Notes: generated by a model not told the origin, from the letters alone. A stretch of 37,578 nucleotides of DNA from Pseudomonadota bacterium (GCA_043822785.1 JBDRBN010000061.1:1-37578), one strand, 5' to 3'. Counted from the stretch's first letter, positions 18,595 through 27,899 are shown. A program made the numbers and translations.

Positions 18595-20775
18595 ATGGCA
18601 ACTCAGCCACCACAAGCTGCCCCAGGTGATATTCCCCAAGCCGGAGGTTTAGGGAAGATTAACGAGATCATAGCCAAGTACAGCGATCTCCTATTCGCCG
18701 TGATCGTCGTGGCTGTCATCACGATGATCGTGATACCGCTTCCTACCTGGCTTTTAGATATCCTGCTTACCATACAGCTCACCATGGCTGTGATAATCAT
18801 CCTCGTGTCGCTCTATATAAGCGATGCCTTGCGCATAGCCTCGTTTCCTACCATCCTTCTGTTAGCTACCCTCTATAGGCTATCGCTAAACATATCCACG
18901 ACCCGCATGATCCTGTCCCAGGCTGATGCCGGTGAGGTGGTGCGTGCGTTTGGCACGTTCGTGGTGCAGGGCAACTATGTAGTGGGTGGCATCCTGTTTG
19001 TCATCATCACGCTCGTCAACTTCATCGTTATCGCAAAGGGTGCGGAGCGTGTTTCAGAAGTAGGCGCCCGCTTTACGTTGGACGCCATGCCAGGCAAACA
19101 GATGTCCATCGATGCTGACCTAAGAGCAGGCATCATCGATATGCAACAGGCCGTCGGGCGGCGTTCTACGTTGCATCGTGAAAGCCAGCTCTATGGAGCC
19201 ATGGACGGCGCCATGAAGTTTGTGAAGGGCGATGCCATCGCAGGCATGATCGTCACCCTCATAAACATCATAGGCGGCTTTATCATAGGCGTTGCTATGA
19301 GGGGCATGCCGTTTAAGGAGGCCATTCAGACCTATTCACTGCTCACCATCGGCGACGGCCTTGTACAGCAGCTGCCGGCTCTTATCATATCTGTGTCCGC
19401 AGGTATCGTGGTTACTCGCGTTGCCTCCGAGAGCGAGGGGTCAAACCTAGGACGCGATGTGATCACCCAGGTGACTGCATATCCAAAAGCTCTCATCATC
19501 GCAGCTGTGATCCTTGGGCTCATGGCCATTGTTCCGGGCCTTCCAAAGGTACCGTTCATCATCCTTGGCATCATCGTAGGCGGCATTGCGGTGTTTCTTA
19601 TCAAGTCTAAAGAAGAGGTGGTCCAGCAGATCATGGATCAGCCCAAACAGGAGGCTGTTAAAAAAGCAGTGCGCAAGCATGGTGATGTAATGCCATTCAT
19701 ACTTCCATCGCCGATTTCACTAGAGGTGGGAAGCGCCATCATCCCGTTTGTGGATGACGCCCAGGACGGGGGCAGGTTCATAAACGAGCTCATCCCGCTT
19801 TTGCGCCACGGTTTGTACTATGAGCTTGGCGTGAACTTTCCCGGCATTCAGGTGCGCGGTCAGACCGTGGACATGGAGCCCGAAGCTTACGTTATCAATA
19901 TAAATGAAGTGCCGGTTGCCCAGGGCAAGGTCATGCATGGGCATATTCTCGTGGGTGAGCCGCTTGAGCAACTGCAGCTGTTTAACATCACAGGAACCGA
20001 GACTATACATCCTATTGATGGCTCGGTTGTCACCTGGATCTCACAAGAGCACAGGGATGTTGCGCAGCAGGCAGGTTTTAGGATGTGGGATATTGCTGAG
20101 TATCTCATTTTGCATCTATCTTATGTTTTGCGCCGGCATGCGCACGAGTTTTTGGGTCTGCAAGAAATACAGACCATGATCACAGAGCTTGAAAAGAGCC
20201 ATCCCGCCCTTATCAAAGAGCTCATACCAAAGGTGATTACCGTCATGCAGCTCTCTGAGATCTTTCAGAGACTGGTGCAGGAGGATATTGCGATCAGGGA
20301 TCTTAAGACTCTGTTTGCAACGCTTGCCCAGTGGGGTGAGATAGAGCGCGATACCCTCACGCTTACAGAACATGTGCGGGCAGGGCTTAAGCGTTATATC
20401 ACCCACAAGTATGCTGGTGCGCAGAATACGTTGGCCGTGTATCTTTTGGATCCTGAGATAGAGGATATGGTAAAGAACTCTATCCGCCGCACTGAAAAAG
20501 GTAATTACCTAGCGCTCGAGCCTGAAGTAACACAGGAGATAATCGAGGCAGTGGGCAAAGAGATAGCCAGCCACCCGTTCCCGCCAGGAGCCAGGCCACC
20601 TGTCATACTCACAACATCAGAGGTGAGAAGATATTTCAGGAAGATAGTGGAGCTCGAATTTCCGCAGTTATCAGTTCTTTCCTACCAGGAACTCTCTGAA
20701 AACCTCCGCATCCAGCCCATCGCCCGCGTAGGCCTGCCAGAAGAAATCCTCGAAGCCGTAACCGCAGGAGCATAG
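18595..20775 (+). CDS. sctV: Type III secretion export gate protein SctV (LcrD/FHIPEP family), non-flagellar type
   Basis: Multi-TM N-terminus, RFTLDAMPGKQMSIDADL, ESQLYGAMDGAMKFVKGDAIAG (SctV-type; FlhA typically EADFYGAMDGASKFVRGD), C-terminal VLSYQEL. Confidence 0.88.
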   Translation: MATQPPQAAPGDIPQAGGLGKINEIIAKYSDLLFAVIVVAVITMIVIPLPTWLLDILLTIQLTMAVIIILVSLYISDALRIASFPTILLLATLYRLSLNISTTRMILSQADAGEVVRAFGTFVVQGNYVVGGILFVIITLVNFIVIAKGAERVSEVGARFTLDAMPGKQMSIDADLRAGIIDMQQAVGRRSTLHRESQLYGAMDGAMKFVKGDAIAGMIVTLINIIGGFIIGVAMRGMPFKEAIQTYSLLTIGDGLVQQLPALIISVSAGIVVTRVASESEGSNLGRDVITQVTAYPKALIIAAVILGLMAIVPGLPKVPFIILGIIVGGIAVFLIKSKEEVVQQIMDQPKQEAVKKAVRKHGDVMPFILPSPISLEVGSAIIPFVDDAQDGGRFINELIPLLRHGLYYELGVNFPGIQVRGQTVDMEPEAYVININEVPVAQGKVMHGHILVGEPLEQLQLFNITGTETIHPIDGSVVTWISQEHRDVAQQAGFRMWDIAEYLILHLSYVLRRHAHEFLGLQEIQTMITELEKSHPALIKELIPKVITVMQLSEIFQRLVQEDIAIRDLKTLFATLAQWGEIERDTLTLTEHVRAGLKRYITHKYAGAQNTLAVYLLDPEIEDMVKNSIRRTEKGNYLALEPEVTQEIIEAVGKEIASHPFPPGARPPVILTTSEVRRYFRKIVELEFPQLSVLSYQELSENLRIQPIARVGLPEEILEAVTAGA

Positions 20776-20882
20776 ACAAAGTCGAAGGAAAATATCTTTA
20801 AAAAACAATTAATTGCACAAATATAAGTGTCCGACACCTTTCCAAGGGAAATACCTATAAAATACAAGGCGTTATGGTTATG

Positions 20883-20943
20883 GTGCCACAAAGTGGCACA
20901 ATTTATTGCACCATGTGGCACTTTATTGCGCCAAAACTGCGCA
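20883..20943. promoter_or_regulatory. Cluster of TGC(A/G)C / GTGGCAC palindromic protein-binding-like sites
   Basis: Perfect IR GTGCCAC-AAA-GTGGCAC (20883-20899); direct repeat GTGGCAC(AA)TTTATTGCRCCA; 17-bp TGCGCCAAAACTGCGCA (20927-20943) resembling NtrC-family enhancer sites. Confidence 0.5.
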
Positions 20944-20961
20944 TAAAATTCTGTCCTATTT

Positions 20962-20998
20962 AAAAAAAACGGCCGATAAGCTTTGAGACTTACCGGCC
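20962..20998 (-). terminator. Intrinsic terminator for the aminopeptidase gene
   Basis: Minus strand GGCCGGTAAG-TCTCAAAG-CTTATCGGCC (one G.U pair) followed by GTTTTTTTT. Confidence 0.7.
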
Positions 20999-21065
20999 AG
21001 ACTTTTTTTGATGCTGGTCACTGGTTTCTCTTGCCCGCTAAGCTTTAGTGGCGGGGGTCACTGAT

Positions 21066-22145
21066 TCATACTTGTAGTACGCCATCCACGATCATGGTCT
21101 TTCTTGATCCATCTTCCATTATCATATCTAGCTTTTTGCAAGTGATCGGGCTTTCTTTGGCATACACGATATCCTGGTGAACAACATTAGACGGAGAGGT
21201 GAAATCCTTTACACCAATTTTTCCTCCAAAGTGATCGCTTCTGCCATAGGCCCAGTGAAATCCCGCTTTCTCGTCTTCAAGCACGATGCCAGTTACTTTT
21301 GCCTTATCATTTAGCCCAATGGCAAACTCTGCGATATTCTGCCATGCTTTATCAGCCTTGAATTTTTTTCGAAGTTCTTCTGCCTTGCTTCCATTACCTT
21401 TTACATCCACGATCCTGTTGTTCTTCACTACATAAACCACTACATCGTTGCCAAACTTCTGGGGAAGCTCACCTTCTGTTTTGCTGTCTGCATTTTCATT
21501 AGGCACGCAGAACACCTCACCAGCAGGTAGATTGGAGAGCGCTCCATCTCCTCCTGCCTTGTTCGGATGAAGTATGCCATCATCAAGATGAGCGTGATTT
21601 TCTTTTGGCAGATCAAAGTGGCACTTGTGTCCAGTGGAGAATTCCACATCCGCAGCAACTGCCTTGTCAAAGATAGCAGCCACTATTTTGCACTTCTCGG
21701 CAATGTTCGCGTAGTTGGCAGAAAGACCAGTCTCCTCCATAAACTTTGCAACGCCTGGCATGGAACCCACGCGCAACTTATCTGAGTTTCTTGCATAGCC
21801 ATACAGCGGTGCAGTTGCAGAAAACTCAGGCATTGCAACAATGATGCTTGAACTTTTGATAAGCTCCTCAAGGTTTGTTTCTTTTCCGCCCAGCGTGCAT
21901 GTCTTGGGAAGATCAGCGTTATTTCCGCCGGTGGCGCTATAGGTGGCAGTCGGGTTTACTGTGACACCCCAGTTATCTGCCTTGCTTGCTAGTTTTTCTC
22001 TCCACTCCTCTGCCATCTTGCGCCGCTCCTGCCACTCGGGTCTGTCCTTGATGTCGCCGTGAGGCAGATCATAAAGAACTGTTACCACCTCGCCCTTGGC
22101 TGGTTTAAAGATATCGTCAAAAAATTTGCCCAGATCAAATGCCAT
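21066..22145 (-). CDS. Thermophilic metalloprotease (M29, aminopeptidase T/AmpS-like)
   Basis: NLPAGEVF, AEFAIGLN, LEDEKAGFHWAYG, HQDIV metal-ligand motifs; RBS AAGGAGGAG. Confidence 0.75.
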   Translation of the reverse strand: MAFDLGKFFDDIFKPAKGEVVTVLYDLPHGDIKDRPEWQERRKMAEEWREKLASKADNWGVTVNPTATYSATGGNNADLPKTCTLGGKETNLEELIKSSSIIVAMPEFSATAPLYGYARNSDKLRVGSMPGVAKFMEETGLSANYANIAEKCKIVAAIFDKAVAADVEFSTGHKCHFDLPKENHAHLDDGILHPNKAGGDGALSNLPAGEVFCVPNENADSKTEGELPQKFGNDVVVYVVKNNRIVDVKGNGSKAEELRKKFKADKAWQNIAEFAIGLNDKAKVTGIVLEDEKAGFHWAYGRSDHFGGKIGVKDFTSPSNVVHQDIVYAKESPITCKKLDMIMEDGSRKTMIVDGVLQV

Positions 22146-22221
22146 GCTCTCCTCCTTGTGTTGGCTTTAGTGTTGAGCTAAGAGGGCTAGCAGATTACAA
22201 AATCAAGTCAAGGATGTCACA

Positions 22222-24225
22222 TCATAAAGGAGATGCGTGCACTGCTGCCCCGCTAATTTTCAATCTGTCCAAGATCCCTTCTATAAACCGTCTGGTGAGC
22301 ACTTCCCACGTATGTTGCTGTGCAATGGCACGGCCTCTCTCTGCCATTGCCAACGCATTTTCACGGTTTTCAATGAGGATTTGCATTGCTTTGCTAAAGC
22401 TCATTATTGTGTCATCAAATACGACCATTGCAGCATTATCCTGATATCTAAGATAGCCCGCAACAGGAGTGTGTTTGGAGCCTATGAGGGGCAATCCACC
22501 AGCTACGGAGTTTTGTGCTGCCATGCCCCAGCCCTCCATGCGGGAAGCTATAACGAATTGCATATGCTGAAATGCTCTTGGCCCCTTACAATGCGGCAAG
22601 CAGGAAAACGCGCCCATATGTTCATTTGGCACCCTGCCTACCAAGAAGACGTTATTGCCAAGTTCCAACTCATCTATCCGCTGCCTCAGCGGATCATATA
22701 TTTCCTTTGTTTCTTCATTTCTTTCTCCTGTGATGAAGAGAAATGTGTTGTGCCTCATATTTTCAGGAAGCATTGCATATGCCTCTATCACCCACTCCTT
22801 TCGCTTGGTCTCATCTGTGCGGCTGGCTTCTATGATGATGTTAAAATTCTGTGGGTTATTTAGCAGAGCTTCGACAACCTGTCTTGGTACAACTTCTCTT
22901 CGCACCAAATCCTCAAACATAGCCTGCACATCTTTATCATCAACGCTTTGGCGGGGATAATATATACTAGGATCGATGCCTGGCAAAAACTGCAATGCTC
23001 TTTTCTTTTCAGTACGACCTTCCCAGAACATGGCCTCACCAATTTCTGGCGATGTTTCCACTACTATTCGTGCAGGTGGGGGCAGGTGCTCTAAGGGGTT
23101 ATTTTTTCCTCTAAGAAGAGCTCCTTCTAAAAAACCGCGCACAGGAAAATTCATTTCCATATGTTTATGTGGGTTTTCCTGAGCTGCTCCTGAGATAATG
23201 GCACGGTGCTCCTTAAGCGCTCCTATGGAGTGTGGCGTCCATGCATGTCTGTTGAGCCTTCTGAGCTCTTTCTTTAGACCCTTGTGAATATCCCTTGCTT
23301 CAACCAGAAGCCTTCTTCCTATGCTGGTGGCATCCATTGAATCTTCTGAAAAGCTCTTGTTCTTTCCAGGCTTCTTATGCAAGCCTTCAATGACTCGTTT
23401 GATTCTTTCATCTGACCATTTGAGTTTTTTTGCAGCCCAGCGCAGAACTTCTGCCCTGTTGGCTTGTTCCCTAGAATCACCATTGCCGTTTGTTTGGTTG
23501 TATGCTTCGAGAACTGCTTTGCCAAAATTTAGATTTAGGTTATCAAGAAAACTAACTGGATTGAATTCTGCGTTTTTAAGGATAGGAGCAAAGTGTTGGT
23601 TTAAATATTCAGCTGCTCTTTGGCTTTGCCATAATCTTACGAGTAGCTGCCCCATCATGCCGCCATCAACATAATGTGAATTGATAAAAAGAATAGACGA
23701 GACATCCCATGGTTTTAAGCTTGCGGATTCTGCTTCAAAGTTAAGAAACGTCCAGAGATTTAATGCCATCGTTTCCAGATCTCTATATATTTCTTCTTTG
23801 CACAAAAAGGGCGCTTCGCTCCCAAGTATGCCAGGCACAAATACGTAGCGGACCATACCGTCTGTGCCATCCATGAAGCTTACTCCCTTTCGATCTCCGT
23901 AACTGGCGTACTTTACTTCCGGCTTGAATGAACGAGCTGCTACGGTAACCCTATATCCCATGTCTGCCAAACTGCGCGCTTCATAGTTAACATAGTCTAT
24001 TTGTCCACCGGAATCTCTGGCACTAAAGGGAAATGTAGGCCCAGCATATCCTTGAGGATTGAGAAGCAATATGTGTGGTCGATCGCTCATAATAAAACGA
24101 TCGCATTTTTGTTGTATATCCTGAGATTGGTTGCTTATAGCTGAAACGATGGGAAATGATATGCCTGAGAAAATATATCCGGCTGTTGATACGAGGGGAT
24201 TCGACGTCTGACCTGCGCATCGCAT
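22222..24225 (-). CDS. GT-B/GT4 glycosyltransferase related to sucrose-phosphate synthase, with large internal insertion
   Basis: DSGGQIDYV (cf. DTGGQVxYV), KEEIY, SHYVDGG, TPHSIG, ASRTDETK, EGWGM...GLP; RBS AAGGAG 5 nt before ATG 24225. Confidence 0.8.
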   Translation of the reverse strand: MRCAGQTSNPLVSTAGYIFSGISFPIVSAISNQSQDIQQKCDRFIMSDRPHILLLNPQGYAGPTFPFSARDSGGQIDYVNYEARSLADMGYRVTVAARSFKPEVKYASYGDRKGVSFMDGTDGMVRYVFVPGILGSEAPFLCKEEIYRDLETMALNLWTFLNFEAESASLKPWDVSSILFINSHYVDGGMMGQLLVRLWQSQRAAEYLNQHFAPILKNAEFNPVSFLDNLNLNFGKAVLEAYNQTNGNGDSREQANRAEVLRWAAKKLKWSDERIKRVIEGLHKKPGKNKSFSEDSMDATSIGRRLLVEARDIHKGLKKELRRLNRHAWTPHSIGALKEHRAIISGAAQENPHKHMEMNFPVRGFLEGALLRGKNNPLEHLPPPARIVVETSPEIGEAMFWEGRTEKKRALQFLPGIDPSIYYPRQSVDDKDVQAMFEDLVRREVVPRQVVEALLNNPQNFNIIIEASRTDETKRKEWVIEAYAMLPENMRHNTFLFITGERNEETKEIYDPLRQRIDELELGNNVFLVGRVPNEHMGAFSCLPHCKGPRAFQHMQFVIASRMEGWGMAAQNSVAGGLPLIGSKHTPVAGYLRYQDNAAMVVFDDTIMSFSKAMQILIENRENALAMAERGRAIAQQHTWEVLTRRFIEGILDRLKISGAAVHASPL

Positions 24226-24393
24226 GTAGTCTCCTTTGGGAAAAAATATTCAATAATTGGCAAAGAGGCTTAAATCAAGAACAAACAGCGAGCAAGGCTC
24301 GCAAAGTGCCAAATATAGACATTTGCAACCACATCAGAGTTGTTATCATTAAATTGATGACTTGAAGATTTTTTGAATTGCAAGACGATGTGA

Positions 24394-25446
24394 TTACGCT
24401 GATAACAAATTCACCACCGTTATCAACGCAAAGATTAGGACTAAGGCGCCTAGGCCGATCATGCCGATCTCTATTGGCGTTAAGCGCTTGATTCCTGCAG
24501 GCTTAGGCGTTGGGGGAGGATAGGGGGTTTTGAGCAAAGCTTGCTTTTCCAGGTGCTCCCATTCCTTTAGGGCTTCGGACTCTTCTTCTTCCATGCCTTC
24601 ACCTTCTTCTTCAGGAGAAATATATGCTTCATCTTCGCTGCCCTCAAATTCCTCAAAAGCCTCTTCTTTTTCAAGGCCAGGAATTTGCTCTGGAGGAATT
24701 GGCGCTGGGGTTGTCTTGGGCTTTATCTCTTCTAGATATTCGAGGCTTATTTCTTGGGGGTTGCGGAACATGAGCACTATGGTGCCAAGCGCTATGCGGT
24801 CGCCATCGTGCAGGTATTCTTCTATCACTCGACGATTGTTAACGAACGTACTATTTTTGCTTTCCATATCTCTAATAGCGATGCCACCCCAGCGCTTAAT
24901 GATCTTTGCATGGCGTCTTGAGATAACATATTCATTGATGGCAAAGTCGCACTCGGGATCCCTCCCGATGGTGCATTCGCTCATCTCATCTGTGAAAAAG
25001 AGCTTTTTTCCTTCAGCAGAGCCATTTAACACCTCAAGGCTTGGCACCATCTCTTTGTCTAAAGCGGTGAGTACTTTTTTGAGGAGCTTTACCTCTAGGA
25101 TGTCGCTGTCAGTCGTCTCCTCAATAATGTCCTCTTCACCTATGGCTTTGCCCATGCTGAACTTAATGTCGAACGTATCAACTGTGATTAAATCGCCTGG
25201 CCTGAGGAGGTTCTTTTCGTTTGGAGTAATGCGCATTCCATTGAGAAATGTACCGTTGCCGCTCTTTAGATCAACCAGGTAATGGTTTTTTTCTTCGACG
25301 AGCACCTTTGCATGATTGCGGGATACTCCCCTGCCCACGAGCTGAATGACGTTATCTTCCTGGCGGCCTATGGTGATAACATCTTCGGCGCACGTGTGGA
25401 TGAATGGCTGTTCGCGACCTCGTTCCTGTATGATCAGTTGTGACAT
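24394..25446 (-). CDS. Tandem-FHA-domain protein with acidic linker and C-terminal membrane anchor
   Basis: FHA1 IGRQEDN..VSRNHA..DLKSGNGTFLNG; FHA2 IGRDPEC..ISRRHA..DMESKNSTFVN; hydrophobic C-terminus IGMIGLGALVLIFALITVVNLL. Confidence 0.88.
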   Translation of the reverse strand: MSQLIIQERGREQPFIHTCAEDVITIGRQEDNVIQLVGRGVSRNHAKVLVEEKNHYLVDLKSGNGTFLNGMRITPNEKNLLRPGDLITVDTFDIKFSMGKAIGEEDIIEETTDSDILEVKLLKKVLTALDKEMVPSLEVLNGSAEGKKLFFTDEMSECTIGRDPECDFAINEYVISRRHAKIIKRWGGIAIRDMESKNSTFVNNRRVIEEYLHDGDRIALGTIVLMFRNPQEISLEYLEEIKPKTTPAPIPPEQIPGLEKEEAFEEFEGSEDEAYISPEEEGEGMEEEESEALKEWEHLEKQALLKTPYPPPTPKPAGIKRLTPIEIGMIGLGALVLIFALITVVNLLSA

Positions 25447-26654
25447 TTTACGTTGTTTGCCTTGATAACCTGCGTGGCAATAGCTACCTCTGTTGGAAAC
25501 TGCGAACCAGCAATTTTTACAAAGCGACAGAACATCTGAAACGCATCTTCATTGCGACCTTGCTGCACATAGAGGTTGCCTAAGTTATAAAGCGCGCGAG
25601 CATGATTCGGATCAACTGTAACAGTATATTCCCACTCGCGCATGGCTGAAAGTGTCTTTTTCTGCTTAAGATAAGTCAATCCTAAATTAAACGATGCATC
25701 AGCAAGATTGGGATTTATCTCCTTTGCTTTGGCTAGCGCCGTTGCAGCCTGATCGAGCTTTCCAGAGGTGAGCTCAACTGAACCTAGGCTAAACCAAGCC
25801 ATCTCGTTTAAAGGCTCGAGTGCAGTGACGCTCTTGAATTCGTTTATTGCGCTATTTTCATTTCCGATGGCTATATAATAGCGACCTAAGGCCATGTGTG
25901 CGGTTGGGGATTCGGGATTTAGCTCAATGGCCTTTTGGAAACAGTTAAGAGCTTTTTGTGGTTCGTTCTTCTCAAGGTAAAGCTGCCCAAGGCCCACCCA
26001 TTGTTTTGCAGAATCAGGCTTGTCAGCAAGCGCCAGGCGATAGCGAATGCTCGATCTCTCGAGATCTCCTTGCTCCTTATAGATTTTTGCAAGCAAGAGA
26101 TGCGCGTGTGTGAGGTTTGGATTTAGCTCTGTGGCTTTTACTAGCTCTTGCTCAGCGTTGGGATAATAATTCTTCGACTTATCCTGCTTTGTCTTTTCTA
26201 CATATGCGAGGCCAAGGTTATAGTGTAAGTCTGCGAGGGTGCTGTCTTTTTTCAATCCCTTCTTTGTTACCTTTATGGCCTCATCGACGTTTTCTTCAGC
26301 TAGATAAACCGCGCCCAGGTGGCCATATGCAGCTGCGTATTTATTATCGAGATCTATGGCCTTTTCAAATTGCGCCTTGGCTAGGTCGTTTCGGCCGGTC
26401 TTTCTATAAACGATGCCCAGGTTGTTATATGCTTCCACATATTCTGGCGAAAGTTCGATTGCAGTTTTAAACTCGGTTTCAGCGCTTTCATAGTCGTTCT
26501 TGTTTAAGAAACTTACTCCCTGATTATTGTGATACACAGCGCGCTCAGTGGGCATAGTGATCTTCTTTCTGGCATCCGCCGGCCCGCAAAGCACCATGAG
26601 TACTGTTAAGCCCACCACAATTACTGCGTATTTCTTCATGCTCGAAATATTCAT
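25434..26654 (-). CDS. Exported multi-TPR protein
   Basis: Signal peptide (KKYAVIVVGLTVLMVLCGPADA) then ~10 TPRs (AYNNLGIVY, LHYNLGLAY, ALYNLGNLY). Start taken as ATG 26654 because GTG 26681 lies inside a repeat. Confidence 0.85.
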   Translation of the reverse strand: MNISSMKKYAVIVVGLTVLMVLCGPADARKKITMPTERAVYHNNQGVSFLNKNDYESAETEFKTAIELSPEYVEAYNNLGIVYRKTGRNDLAKAQFEKAIDLDNKYAAAYGHLGAVYLAEENVDEAIKVTKKGLKKDSTLADLHYNLGLAYVEKTKQDKSKNYYPNAEQELVKATELNPNLTHAHLLLAKIYKEQGDLERSSIRYRLALADKPDSAKQWVGLGQLYLEKNEPQKALNCFQKAIELNPESPTAHMALGRYYIAIGNENSAINEFKSVTALEPLNEMAWFSLGSVELTSGKLDQAATALAKAKEINPNLADASFNLGLTYLKQKKTLSAMREWEYTVTVDPNHARALYNLGNLYVQQGRNEDAFQMFCRFVKIAGSQFPTEVAIATQVIKANNVKCHN

Positions 26655-26670
26655 AAAGCTTGCACCCCTC

Positions 26671-26704
26671 TTACTGGTCACTAGTCACTGGTTACTGGTC
26701 ACTA
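26671..26704. repeat. Degenerate 7-mer tandem array (T(C/T)ACT(G/A)G)
   Basis: TTACTGG TCACTAG TCACTGG TTACTGG TCACTA between two co-directional genes; GGTCACTG also at 21016 and 21056. Confidence 0.75.
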
Positions 26705-27802
26705 TCTTTCAATACACGCATTTATCGAATACGCTTTTTGCAGAGCCTCTCTGGATTTTTCTATGTTTCCGAGCTGCGATTCTATTTTTGCTAGCTGGTA
26801 CCACGCTATTGCATCTTCTGGAACCAAGTCTACGCAGCGCCTCATGGCACTGGCTGCGCCTTCAACGTTTCCTGCCTGTGATGAATGAAGGGCCTCCATG
26901 AACGCGGCATTGCTGAGCAAAAATCTGTTCTTCAGTTTTTCTCCGCCTGTTTGTTTTTTTATCGCTTTTTTGGGCGTATATGCAAATACCAAGCTGCGCG
27001 GGCGAGTTAGCTTAGCCATGCTTATGAGCTCGGCCTCTGCATTTTGATAATACGTGGAAAAGGGCTTGTGCATTTGCTTATAATAAAATCCCAAAAAAGT
27101 GTTTACAGCGATGATGCCTTCGTATCCTAAAGGAGAGCGATAGTCTAAGCGTTTGGTCTGTGTGAAAAAATCAGAAGCTTTGTCCATATTGCCTGCGCGA
27201 TATGTTTCAAGGAGATTTCTGCCCTTGGAGTAGTTTTCAAATGCACTGGTGGAAGTTGTGGCATCTCGTACGCTGTTAAAATGTGATGTATCCCACTTCA
27301 CTTTCATCTCGCTAAGCAGGGCATTTGCTGCATCTGCAATTTTGCTAAAGAACTCGCTGTTGTCAGGATATGGGAATGCAGCTTCCAATTGCTTTAAAAG
27401 CTTTCCGGTTTTTCCATCAGCAAAGCTGATGAATACCCTCATCTGATCGTCTGCGCGCTGAAATTTTCCAGAGATCGTAAAATCAGTTGCCTGTATGGTC
27501 CTATACTGAGCTGTAGGGCCTGCAAAAACTTTTAATCGATTTGATGAGCGGATAAGGTCAGCAATATAATCTCGAATACCTGTGGTAAGCCAGTCGTCTT
27601 CTGCCTTTTTCGTAAAATTGGTAAAAGGGGTTACGAGTACGGTGTTGCCTTCGGGCATAAGCGAAAGCTCGTATTGGGCCATGATCTTGGGCCAGTCAAT
27701 ACAGTCTTTTGCCCACAAAATAGAAGGTTTTGCACCTAATGCCACAGGGAAGATAAAAAGGCTGATGAGGAAAAATTGCTTAAGCTGGCGTAGGCAATGC
27801 AT
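26702..27802 (-). CDS. Exported protein with TolB-N/CsgG-like alpha-beta domain and TPRs
   Basis: Signal-like N-terminus; VLVTPFTNFT..DDWLTTGIRDYIADL..ISGKFQ; C-terminal TPR AWYQLAKIESQLGNIEKSREALQKA. Confidence 0.65.
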   Translation of the reverse strand: MHCLRQLKQFFLISLFIFPVALGAKPSILWAKDCIDWPKIMAQYELSLMPEGNTVLVTPFTNFTKKAEDDWLTTGIRDYIADLIRSSNRLKVFAGPTAQYRTIQATDFTISGKFQRADDQMRVFISFADGKTGKLLKQLEAAFPYPDNSEFFSKIADAANALLSEMKVKWDTSHFNSVRDATTSTSAFENYSKGRNLLETYRAGNMDKASDFFTQTKRLDYRSPLGYEGIIAVNTFLGFYYKQMHKPFSTYYQNAEAELISMAKLTRPRSLVFAYTPKKAIKKQTGGEKLKNRFLLSNAAFMEALHSSQAGNVEGAASAMRRCVDLVPEDAIAWYQLAKIESQLGNIEKSREALQKAYSINACIER

Positions 27803-27899
27803 AGATCATGTATATCCTGATTTCCTCAGATAAAATCAAGCTCTATGTCCTGTCTTATGCTTTACGCAAAAGCGCGGTTATGATAATCAGCATAATCAT

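Noticed and set aside
18595..20775. Flagellar FlhA
   Set aside because: Signature residues (ESQLYGAMDGAMKFVKGD) match SctV better and there are no flagellar neighbours; a tree would be decisive.
24530..25282. 250-aa plus-strand ORF and other long antisense ORFs (e.g. 1456..1971, 22237..22863, 16543..17049)
   Set aside because: They lie opposite well-supported genes, are Ser/Arg-rich shadow translations and have no recognisable motifs.
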